Source of the DNA: Nymphaea colorata
Taxonomy: Eukaryota
Direction: 5' to 3'
DNA: 64,000 nucleotides
NCBI RefSeq assembly: GCF_008831285.2
Contig: NC_045138.2
Location: 9,734,001-9,798,000 of the forward strand
Numbering within the stretch: position 1 is the first letter of the stretch; every line of letters starts with the position of its first letter. The notes beneath the pieces were generated by a model, which was not told the DNA's origin, searched no databases, and saw only the letters and a program-made list of their open reading frames with translations. Below, piece by piece: positions 39,980-51,880 of the stretch. The translations under genes and the position numbers were made by a program.

Positions 39980-42900
39980 TGTAATGCTTTATGTTTTTGG
40001 GTCAGGCTAGAGCAGGTCTAGATCCAGACCCGAGCTCCATGCACGAACAGGGTCCCGACATCGCCCTCTTCTCCCTCGCCTTCTTCTTCGTCTCCTCCTC
40101 TGCTATGACCACATCACAGAAGAAAAAGAGGAGGTGGGAGGTATGTGCAGCAACGATGTTCTTTGGGATGACGACGGCGGCGGCGGCGCTCTGGTAAGCC
40201 CTCTCGACCTCTCTCTGCCTCTTCCTCTCCTTTCTATCTTCTTTCTTCTCCTCCTCCCTCCTATGCAATCCTGTCCCTCTCCATTAGCACCCTACTTTTT
40301 CCCGCGCTCTGCTCGAGCTCTCACCCCGTCCCTTCTGTCTCTTCCTCTCCATCTCCCCCATTCCCCCCGCTCGATTTCCCCTCTTTGCCTGTCTCTCCGC
40401 TCTATCCGGACTCTCTTCACCAGTCTCCCTTCTCTATCGACACCCTCTCCTCGCATGCTCTTTCCCCTCTCTACTCTCCCATCTCACTGCTCGCACCCCC
40501 TTTTTACCGCCAGCCTCCTCCCACTCACCTCTCTCATGTTCTCCCTCTCACTTTCAACCTCCCTCTCTCTTGTTGCCCCATGCCTCCCCCAACCGAACCA
40601 ATCCATCAGCTGAACTCCTCCTCTTGAGCTCATTTTCACTTTTTCTCACTAGTTAGTGGCTGTTGAATTAGAATTGCAGCTTGGGGGCCCATCTTTCTCT
40701 TCATAACAACGTATAGAAGGCGCTAGTGGTAGCGGCATTGCATGATTTTTGCCGCTTGGGGATCACTCAAACTCTTGAGGTGGCTATGAGAACACTACGA
40801 TAGTTTGGACTCTAAGATTGGGGTGACTGAGGCCTAATCGAGCCTAAATTATTTAATATATTATGTTAACATACATATAATTAATGATTGAGCATGCTAG
40901 ACTTAAGATTTGATGATTTAGAATACATGCTAGCGATGTTGTTATTTTGAGGAAAGTTGAGGATTATTTTGAGAAGGACGAGAATCCACGTGTATAACTA
41001 TCTCTTTAGCATGATGTGTTCATTTTCAAAGCTATTTGAAAACATGGTAGATATTTGATGTGGTTGAGAAAATTTAGAATCGTTTTAGTGAGCACGTGGT
41101 GCATGCTATTGTCAATGGGCATATTGTGTTGTTGGTTGGAAAAAAGCATGTAAGTTGAGCGTAATTATTGGGAAGACGCATCAACTAAAGAAAGCAAGTG
41201 AGAAATGTGTTAGTAATAGATTGATCGAAGTTTTGAGTTTAGACATTTAGTGGCAATTTGAAGGAGTTGGGAAGTGGCTTATTGGAGAGTTTTGTGGGTC
41301 AACACTACCCGTCTACATCCTCTTGAGGCGATGACATGCCTCAATGATTATGTTTCATATTTGTATAAATTGTAAAGCAAAGCGAGTAGAGAACTTATCA
41401 TTTGATTGTGTTTGTAGGTACACCGGGCACGTCCAGTAGACCTTGAGCAAGAAGACGTAAAGCTCGAGGCGTTTTGTGGACGCGCAACAGGTATGGCGGC
41501 ATTCCAAGCAAATCCCTGCCTGCCAACTTTTGAATATGTGTTTCCAAGATCATTGGATCCTGTGATTGTGATGTGATTGAATGGTTGTAATGTGATTGAA
41601 TGGTTGTGATGTGATTGAATGATTGTATACATGAGAATTAAATGTTTATGTGATAAGTTTTGTTTTGAAAATTACTACGCAATTGCATGTGCATGCTAGA
41701 ATTGATAACTATTTAGGACATATGAGGTGGGGTATCGAGTTGAGTATCTCCTCGATCTTGATTGTGCATTAGAAAGCATCCTAGAATGATAACTACATAG
41801 GACAACTACGAGCCAATCACGGGTCGAGACCACTCTCCATAGTTTGGCTAAGTTTTGAAATATGTGATTGATGTATTTGATTAATGTGAATGTTGTGGTA
41901 TGTTACATATGCATTGTCGTGAACATTAATGAATATGAATGGTAGTTGTACCTGTAATGTTATGATGACTAGCTAAGAATGTTAATGATACGTATAGCCC
42001 TCGTGTGGAGCATTTGGAGGTATGAGTGCACTTGTGGGGAGAATCAACCTCATGAGCTAGCCGGTCATTTTGTGAATGTGTTTTCATAATGATAAATAAG
42101 AAAGAATAAAAGATAAGAGACTAGTGGGTTGTGACAATGTGTTTGAGAGTTGTCCCACCTTCGCTACTGGTCTCACCTGTTCGAAGCACAGGCGGTGCAA
42201 GGCCATAGGGTACTGTTGTGTGATGTGCTTGGAGCGTTGGACACCCACCTTCCCAAACTAGATGTCATAGGGAAGACTGAGTATCTCTCCTTGGAATTCG
42301 CACATCCATGGACGAATGCTCTTCCGCTGTAGTATGAATGGATCCATATTGTTTCGTCACCACGGAGGTTGTCTCTCAGATGTAGGCCATCTGCGTCATG
42401 CACATGCTTGTGTTTGCACCCACAGGAACTATCAATTCACTAAAGCTAATGTAAATGAAAAGAAGGTGAATGTAAATGATATGTATGTGAATGAAATGAA
42501 TATACTTGAAGTGAATGTGATTATGAAATATGTTGTTGTGGCCATTGAGTGGCCTTTGCATGTCGTGTTGTGTGTGAGGGGCCTCCTTGTCAAGTCGTGT
42601 GACTGCATGCCCTATCACGACATGATAGTGATTTGCTTTGATATTTGTTTTATCTTATATTTGCGCCCTTACCTTAAAAGGTTAGAGATTTATCTGGCAT
42701 GTTGCTATACTGCGAAGGCTAAGCCTTTAGTTGTCTTTTCTTTTTCAGATTTTGGCGAACTTGGGACAGCAGATTGATCAGATGGCTCTACTCACGTTCT
42801 ATTTGAGAGGTTTTGAGTCTATTGTAGTGTGAGCGCATCTTGTTTGAGTCATATTGATGTCTTGTCTTTGTTAGACATCAATGTTGTGATTTGAGTAATT

Positions 42901-43088
42901 TTTATCATATGTATTATTGAGAAGAATGACATGATTTTTGTATGAACTGAAAATTGTTATATAAGTGAAAGTTGCCCCATTGTCTTTGAGTGTATAACTC
43001 ATCTCTTTTGAAGTGTTGTGTTGTCGCACCTCAATGTTTTATGTTTTAACAAAAAAAAAATTGGGTGTCAAAGTGTTGGGGTGTGACA
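39980..43088 (+). mobile_element. Solo LTR (3109 bp), Tekay/Del-like, inserted in the copia RT
   Basis: Termini TGTAATGC...GGGGTGTGACA. Perfect TSD GGTAT at 39975-39979 and 43089-43093. Interrupts the RT motif QKEG|..YNETFS. No internal domain. Confidence 0.9.
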
Positions 43089-45614
43089 GGTATTCTACAA
43101 TGAAACTTTTTCTTCCAGTAGTCAAGTTGTTTTTTTTTGCCTCATACATGTTGTCATGTCATATATTAATATAGAATTACACTAGATAGGTGTGAAGTCA
43201 ATATTCTTTAATGGAGAATTGAAAGAATAAGTTTACATAGAACAAACCTAAGGAGTATGTTACCAAGGGCTATGAGTATAAAGTTTGCAAGCTAAAACGG
43301 TCCATTTATAGGCTTAAGCAATCTTCCAAATAGTGGTTTTCATGAGACTATCATTTCAAATGATTTTGATATGATTAATGAAAACTATTGTGTTTATTTG
43401 AAATGATACAAGAAAATGTTTGTGATTCGGTCATTGTATATTGATGACATACTATTAGCTAGTAATGACATGAAGTTACTAAAATCAATCAAGGATTGGT
43501 TGTTCATTCATTTTAAGATGAATGATATAGGTGAAACAACATTTATTTTAGATATTGAAATTAAAATAGATCGCTCAAAAAGACTTCTTGCTCTCTCACA
43601 TGAGTTATATATAAAGAAGATATTAAAGTGACTTAATATAGAAGACTACAAACCAAATGGTACTCCAATGGAAAAAGGTAATAGTTTATCAATAAAAATA
43701 TATCCATAGACATCAGTATAAAAACCAAATGTCAAAAGCACCACATTCTGATGTGCTTGGTAGTATACTATACCTAACTATGTGCACATTGTAGACATAT
43801 GTTATGTACTAGTTAAATCTTGGGTATGCTCATCAAAAAGTTGTTAAGTGATCACGAAAGACACTGAAAATCTAGTTCTATTTTATCATGGTGGAGATTT
43901 GTGTATAAAAAGCTATTTGAGAATAATACCTTGATGAACAAAAATCCACATCAGGATATGTGTTCCTACTTATTGTGGTATAATATCTTGGTGTAGTAAG
44001 AAACAATTATGTGTAGCTCTATCAATGACAAAAGCAGATTTTATAGTTGGATTTATGGCAGTGCAAGAATGTGTTTAGTTGATGAAATTATTTAAGCATA
44101 TCGGGATTGTCATGAAGGCAAATATCCAAATAACTATCTATTGTGACAATGAAGTGGCAACTGCATATGCAAGGAATCCAAAGTTTCAGAACCAGACACA
44201 TTTATACCAAATTTTGGTACCTACGATATGTTGTTCATAAAGGAAAAATGTTGTTAACTTTTATTGACACTAGTGAAATGTTGGGTGATCTATTTACTAA
44301 GCCAATATTACTAATGTATTAAAAAAGCATGCAATATCGATTAGACTTAATAGAATAAAAAAGTTAAACTTTTATATGATAATTCCTTTTGAGCATATTC
44401 CTCATCTATGTTAGGTTGTGCAACCAAGTTAAAATTGTTTGCTGATACGTGATCACGTTAAGCATTGTGTGAAAGATGAGCTGAGATGAAATAAACAAGA
44501 ATTATGGACACTTACCCGTAAGCAAGATAGGTTTTGTATGTTGAGATGTTAATGTATCTTAAAAGCTGTGCATTAATGGCATTTTGCATGTGTATGTTAA
44601 AACATCACATTGATTAAATCAAGATGCGGTCTTATGTTATAGATCATAAGACCAACATGATCTTAGAAAATCATGCATACCTGGTAATCAGATCTGAGGG
44701 CTCAGATTATCTTAGTTAGACTGAAAGAGATTCTTTGAGAACTCGAGTTGACTCTCTGAGAGAGATAGGACTTTTGGTGATTTGTAGGGAAAAAAATTAA
44801 TTATTCAGTGCATACACAAATATCATAATGGTGAGACAATTTTGCCATAGTGTATGATACTACCACATATGCTATCACTATCCAACAAAGTCAACCATAT
44901 ATGGGAAATGAAGGATGATCCCTACTCCATTGTGTGAGTCCCATGGATACTGAATTTAATATTCACATATGTATCCATTTTTTTGCTATTATGGACTCTA
45001 TTTTTTGCAATTATGAATTAGTGGTGCTCTTTTAGTGTGCTTCATGAAGACTATGAATTATCTAAGAGAACAGATCGTTTTAATTTAATAAATACATGTA
45101 GGAGAGGAAGATCATTTATCATTTCACACATGCTTATTATTTATTGTCAGCACATTGAATCATTGACGGAATGTGTTCACTAGTAAATAAATAAATGTAG
45201 TAACAGGCCTCAGTCTAACATATTCAACATCATTATATGCAAAGGGGTTGAATGTGTTGAAGCTCATGAAAGTGAAATTTTATCTAGAGCATAGTGAGCC
45301 ATATAGCTAAAGTACTTTTTTTTTTTTTTTCAGGTTAAGCTACTGTGTTACACTAACCAAGACACAGTTGGTTCACATCCATGCTTATGGGTCGCACAAC
45401 CGTATCACAAGTATGTTATCCAAGGATAAGTATTTATATACTCTAAGAGTACAATAAATAGTCTAACCATCATGGACAAGTGGAAAAATATTGGATTTCA
45501 TATCTAGATCTGCCCATGATGATCCAAAGCAATACTGCAACTCAAATATATTTGCATAACCTCCTACATAATTCGACCACTAATGTGGTGGTTACAGAAA
45601 TGGATATACATAAA

Positions 45615-46656
45615 CAATGTTGTTAAATGCAATGAAGCAAAGCAAAGCTAACCACTAAGCATACGAAGGGAGACAAAGCATTTCGAGGCAAAGTGAATCA
45701 TAAGCTTCAGGACCAAAATCATGAAGTATCCATGAAAATAATATTAAAATTAAGAACTATTAAAATAACACGTATGTAGCTAAAGAACATCGTGAGAAAA
45801 CATATTTGTTTTTTTTTAGTTTGTTTTCTTCTTCCTAAAATGAAGGTTGACTCCAACTACCAAATATTGAGAACATTGATATTTGTGAAATCACGTTTTG
45901 AAAAGTCTTTAAATATTGATAGAACCCTAGAAACAGAGCAAACCAGGCCCACATACTGCTATTTTTAAATTAAATTAACGCAGATTCTGTAGACAGTCGG
46001 ACTCAACAGGAGAGAAAATCAGAAAGTTCTGATGGGTGTTCTAGTTCATTTTTATCTACTATTTGCTAGGCCCGAACTTGCGCTACTTTGTGTTCATCAG
46101 CACTCTCACTTATTCTCTCCAGAAATAGTTTCTCATTCTGCTGGCTGTTGAGAAACAAAGAAAAGAAAAATCTCAAACAATTTGTAAAAGAAAATCAGTT
46201 GCCTATATCTCCACGGGGTCGACTCACAAACAATCCATCGATCTTAGATGATGTTCCAATGTTAAGACATGAAAATGAAACAAGTAGCAAGCCTTGCTGA
46301 ACTTCCATAGAGGCGCTAGCAGCTTGGTCGCCTGGAGAGAACTCAATGGAGAGGGGCGTCGACTAGGAGGAAGGTTGAGTGAAAAGAAGGCAAGGGTTTT
46401 TCCTTGCTGAAAACTGAAAAGGAGAGTTCGAAAGAAGGGCAGGGGCCTAGCAAGACATAAAAAGCAACATTTGTAAATTAGTGAAATACAAGGCTCCTGA
46501 AGCGTGTGCTTCAGGCACTTTGTGCGCACCACGCTGATGTGTGCGTCTCACATCATTAGGTAAAAGTGAACTTCATGGCGCCCTGACGCATTGTGGTTGC
46601 TGATGCGCTTTGAGGCATGCGCTTCACGCCTCGAAAGTACACACTTAACAACACTG
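45615..46656. mobile_element. Non-autonomous hAT element / MITE (1042 bp) inside the copia 3' LTR
   Basis: Perfect TSD TACATAAA at 45607-45614 and 46657-46664. TIR CAATGTTGTTAA / TTAACAACACTG (11/12). The 5' LTR shows the empty site with a single TACATAAA. Confidence 0.93.
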
Positions 46657-48096
46657 TACATAAACGGTAGAAGAAACTAGAAGAAGGTGAGTGTGAAACC
46701 AAGGAAGGGTCAGTATGAAACAGAGGAAGGATCGTTGATGCGAAAAGGGTTGTGGACATTGAAGGTTTTCCAAAAATATAGTGAAAGCCTAGTCCCCATC
46801 AAGCACAAGAGTCAGGCGTCCATTTCATTCTTACAATCTGCTATAGAAAAACTTAAGTATGCAAGCCAACATTCATTAGGTAACATAGTTATACATTTAT
46901 TTATGTTTTTCCATCATATATGGTCGTTGATAACTGGAAACTTCTATCGTAACGGAACTGCATTGTTGTTGATGGCTGCATGGATCCTTGATAATCTCCA
47001 TTTTTTAACCATTGCTTAATTACTCTCCTTTATTTGGAGTCATCACTGTAACTTTTTTTGGCTATCCGTTGATTATTTACATTTGCTGACTTTTACAGCT
47101 TTAACCTGTTTTGCCACTCCATACTTGACAGCTTTGCTAATATCTTCATTTTTTTGCTAGTGTAGGCTGTTTCACGTTCGTCAATTTTACTAATGAAAAG
47201 AAATATCTGACTCCTACACGCGGAACCAAAATTGATGCCAACGTAGTGCGGGTAAAATTCAAAGTAATAGTAAGAAGGGTTCTCGAGTTGTATTTGTTCT
47301 TAAACTCAATTCCAATTTGCTCTTGGTACGAAAAACCACTGTTGATTTTTATCAACTGATAACGTTGTAATTCAGAATCGCAATACAAAGAGGAAGATTG
47401 GTGAGGCAGTTCTCACAGGGCTGGGTTATATACCGTGAATAAGAGCAGCGAACATTTTCCGGTTCAAAATGAGTAGGATGTCAAAGTATGGTATGCTTGA
47501 CTGTCGTCCAGCCATTGACACCATGTGCCCTATTACGTCGCACAATTCTCTAGGTGTAATGCTTTTCAGTATTTAGAAAAAATTGTGAAAAAACATGTTT
47601 GATTTGCCTCATTCCAACGTGTGGAGTTATGCCCATGTTGGGACTTCTAGTGGGCAGATACTATCTTTTGCTTGTGGATGATTGAATAAGAACCTCGTGA
47701 ATTTATTTGCTTTCAAGTTCCAAAGGGTTTTATAAACATTTTGAAGCTTTATGGTGTAAAAAATAAAAGCTTTGACATTCTACGATGGCATTGAATGCAA
47801 TTACAGGTTTTTTGAAAGATTTGAAAAGTACATGTTTTAGATAACCAATTCCACCTGTTCCAAACGAATGTGCGAAATAAATTTTAGGGAAAGCTTGTTA
47901 TCTTAAAAATGAGTTTCTTTGCAGAAACCTTGAACACGAATCTCAGCTTGAATTATCATAAGAAGAAAATTGAATGTTTCATATCTTAGAACTTCGGACG
48001 TCTCGTTTATATGAAAATTTCAGGCATTGAACCTCAACATTTTATGTGTTTGAGAATCAAAATAACAAAGAGGGAGAGTTTGTCCGAACAAAGAGG

Positions 48097-48098
<2 letters not shown>

Positions 48099-48129
<31 letters not shown>
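48099..48129. repeat. (GA)n microsatellite
   Basis: About 15 GA units. Confidence 0.9.
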
Positions 48130-48133
<4 letters not shown>

Positions 48134-49387
48134 GAGATGGTTCAAGTTGAGTGGATTTAAAAAAAAGAATTGGACTCATTCTTTTTGTAGCTGCTAGTCT
48201 GACGCAATCAAATTGTTGATACGAATACATACATATATGCTCATATTTGGCAGCATTCACATTTTAAAAGCTGATTAAAAAGCTACCTATTACTGTGTAA
48301 TCTTTGTTCATTGAACTATAATTTCTCTCTTCTTATAGTCATATCTAACACCAGTGGACACAGTGCCCACGTATCCCTATACTGAAACACACCAATACTC
48401 CAACTTAAATCTGTTCCAGATCACATAAAAAACATTTTAAATGCTCTACAAGCCACGGGTCACAAGAATTTGTGAGACTTGTCTACAGACACGAGTATTT
48501 AACCTGAACGGTGTCTGTGGGAGATCATGCTTTTTCATAAAAAGTGCCACTTGTAGCCTGATGTAACCATCCCATCTTCCAGTAAAGGTACGAGAATTGC
48601 CCCCATTTGTAGGTAAAGCATCTAGGAGACCGGGCCTTTTGCAAAGCCTGCGAATAAACTGTTTCCCCCGAGTAAATCAACATGAAATGAACATGAAAAA
48701 AACGCAAGATGAAGCATGGAGATGTGGTTGTCTTCTTAGACAAGACACCTGCAACAAGGTGCCATATGATGGCGGTCTCACAGATAGACACCACCCGTTG
48801 CCGCAGATTCTATGGAGTTCGTCTGCTGGGGTCAATTTACTAAGCAATCTTCTCTTGCTCTTACTTTCCAACAGCTGCTGGGGACATGGAAGGGAGGAAG
48901 ATTACTTGGAAAGAGGAGATCAGGGGAACTCATCTCACATTTCTTTCTGTGAATCGCGCTACTAACTGAAACAGGTTCCAGCAGTAAATTACTGGTTTGC
49001 AGAGGAGGAAACAATTCTGAAAATCAAATGCAATGGTGGGAAGATTTGTAAAAGCGGGAGTGCAGCGGGCACCTTGGGATCTTCAAAGTGCACATGTGGG
49101 ACCCTTCTTTCTGTCAGTTGAAATGATCACTAGCGACTTTTCTTGTGGCTTGGGAATGCATGAAAAATATAATATCTACCTTTTCATAAAATCCCTCGAA
49201 GACGTAAGAAGAATCTACTTTAGTCACAAATAGAGGTGCTTTTGATTGGAAAGATTAAGCTTGGATTAGATACTGTTCCCTTCTCAAAAGCAGGAGATTG
49301 CCTTGCTCATTTTCCTTTGATCAGAAGTTTTTTTTACGTTCTTAATACCACTCCTCTTCTGTGTAAAGAATTTTTTTCTATACAATC

Positions 49388-50055
49388 TCATAACTGTTTG
49401 CCTTCAAACGTTTGGCCAAATCGCCAATCTGCGGGGGCAACATTGTAGGATGTCACTCTTCTTCCAGAGCCGCTGGTCACCTCAAAAGACAGAGGCTCCC
49501 CAATCAGATTTGCACTGCATTGCCAATTCTGTCCCCAGTTCCTCGCCATCTGTATCCAGCCCGTCTTTGAGCCCTTCACCTTCACTTCAACCACTTCTCC
49601 ATCCAAACCGACATTTGTGATGAGCACCTGATGGTAGTAAGAGCATCCACATAGAGTGAATCTCATCCCCCCTCTCCTTTCACAACTGACCCTGCGATAA
49701 AACAAGAAAGGTTTCAATAAATGTTCGAACGGTAGAGGCAAACAGCAAGTGCCATTGTCCTTTTACATATGGATCGAGGATCAGTGCTTTTATATATAGT
49801 TGTAACACTTGAAGTATCTACTGGCAACAATTAGAAGAGTGATTAGTGCAACCAATCAAGTGCCAGTGTTATTGAGATGAGACTCTTCACACTGTGGTGC
49901 ATTATGTACCACTTCCAAAAGCTGAACCCAACGAAGCCCAGGTTTCCTTGTTCTCCTTTTCCTCATGGCGGAAATGGAAGATCAATACTTTATTGACCAG
50001 CCACAGAGCGGCAAACACGCACAGAACGGACCAGCCCTATGTTTCTGTTAAATAT

Positions 50056-50121
<66 letters not shown>

Positions 50122-50894
50122 AGAGTATAGGTTGCAGAAAACCAATGTTTAGGAACTAATGAACTTGGTAACTTTTGAGGCTTACCTTCTGTACTGAACA
50201 GGCACGATGTCGGCCTTCGGTACTGCAATCTTGATGAAAGAAGGATAAGACATTTCGAAATGTTCTCTTGGAGGATTACACCAGCCACCATAATCGCTGG
50301 GCAGCCCGTAGTTTGGAGGACAGAAGTCGGTTGCAGTCACGACCACAGAGGGACTCCCCACGAGGCACCATAGGATGTGATCCACACACCTCACTTCATA
50401 GCAGGCACCACATCTCCCTCCCTTGTTAAAGAGGCTACTACTCAGTGCAGCTGTATGCTCCCCATAGCCCTTCTGGTAAACTATTCCAAAACCACACGCG
50501 CCTCCTAAAACCAACCCACATTTTGGTCAATGGAACATTATATCAAGAACCATGCATATTTCCTTCTGTGTATAAAGCTTCTACTGAATATTTGAGATGA
50601 GCAGATAATCCCAAAGCAACAAAGATGGATGATCGAAGAAAAATGTAAAACAGTGAAGAAGCAGCCTGAAGAAATACCAATGGCTTTTGAGAATGGAGAA
50701 AAGCACAGCTAAAAGAAAGGGGAAAATGGTACTCAGGAAGAAGAAGAAATACCAATGGCTATTGATCCATCCGCATCTTTGGAGAATGTAGCAGTAGCTA
50801 GTTTCCATTCCTCATCCACAGCCATTGTTATGCTCAAGTTTGACACAGCCATCAACAAGAACAAGCAGGCTAATGCAGTGCCGGGAAGACCCAT
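49388..50894 (-). CDS. Alpha-expansin, EXPA20-like clade (254 aa from ATG 50894; in-frame upstream ATGs at 50909 and 50942)
   Basis: Exons 50894-50753, 50504-50186 and 49691-49388, all GT-AG and phase-consistent. Signal peptide, [61 protein letters not shown] and [11 protein letters not shown]. Confidence 0.95.
50057..50120. repeat. Compound (CT)n(CA)n microsatellite in expansin intron 2
   Basis: About 20 CT units followed by about 12 CA units. Confidence 0.95.
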
Positions 50895-51519
50895 TTCCTT
50901 TCCCCGCATCCTCTGCTCTTTTTTCTCTCTTTTCAAGCTCATCCTCTCTTAACGAGGGAAAACGCCACCATCAAACTGGAAAAGAAAGCCTCCTCCGGAC
51001 CTGTGCTGCTGTGCATGAAGTTGTACTACCAATGTCTCCATTTATGACATTGGCAGTGAAGAACCCCTGACGATTGCCCTGCTGTGGACACATACACTTC
51101 CTTATTGACTTGCATGCCCCTTTGTAGATAAGAACAAACAAGAAATCAGAATAGATTCACGACAAATAATGGTCAAAGGAGTGAAAAAAACAGTTTGAAC
51201 AAAGCCCTCTTTCGCTGTTTCACAGGGCAATTTTTTGGGGAGAGATTAGTCAGTTGAAGATGTGAAGGGATATTCCTGCTTTCACTGCGTTGGACTCGAG
51301 GCAGCAGGAAAGTGGTTTTTATATTTGTGGCAGACACGACTTTGAAGAGGAGGGAAGCTGCCGTGGGGCGTGAAACTTTGGCTCTTCTTTTCATGTGTAC
51401 ACGGCAATAAAGCTTGTATTGTCAATAGAAAAGGCGAAGGTGAATGAAGGCACTATACCGTTGGCTCGAAGGTCCTCCGATATCTGATTAAAACCATCAA
51501 ACCTGATTGTATCATCACA

Positions 51520-51880
51520 GACTAGTTGAGTCGAGTTAAAGTTGGCCAGTTTCATCTTTTACTCAAAAAAACTAGAGGTTGAACTCAATCAAAGTCGAGA
51601 GGCCACTTAATAGAACCAGTTCAAACCCGAATCAATGATATAACTCCGAGCTCGAATTCTTGTTTAACTCATTTATGTTAAACAATGTCATTTCTTTTAA
51701 CTTGTTTATCTTGTTAATTCGTTTAACTCTATTAAGAGATTTAGTTGTTATTTGTTTAACTATTTTCACATTGTAATTCAATATTAATTATGTAATTGAG
51801 CCGAGCCAATATTAAAGAAGTGGAGTTTAAAAGAATCGAGTTCTTACAACTCGAATGGGCTCATTTAACATGTCTATCAT
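51520..51880. mobile_element. Degenerate MITE remnant upstream of the expansin gene
   Basis: GAGTCGAG/GAGCTCGA/GAGCCGAGCC motifs like those at 9123-10316. Ends not resolved. Confidence 0.4.

Larger units (their letters stand above)
34339..46916 (+). mobile_element. Full-length but decayed copia element with nested insertions
   Basis: 5' LTR 34339-34701 with PBS TGGTATCAG at 34703. 3' LTR 45489-46916 is split by a MITE. TSD TATAA/TATAT (4/5). Broken gag (~37400-38300), WIVDS protease, WHARLRH, LIHSDISGP integrase (38861-39184), LYIDD RT (43416-43631) and RNase H up to ~44350. Confidence 0.88.

Noticed and set aside
39991..40627. Several ORFs of up to 159 aa
   Set aside because: CT-rich low-complexity sequence inside a TSD-bounded solo LTR.
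48525..49014. Cluster of short ORFs downstream of the expansin gene
   Set aside because: No recognisable domain or consistent exon chain.
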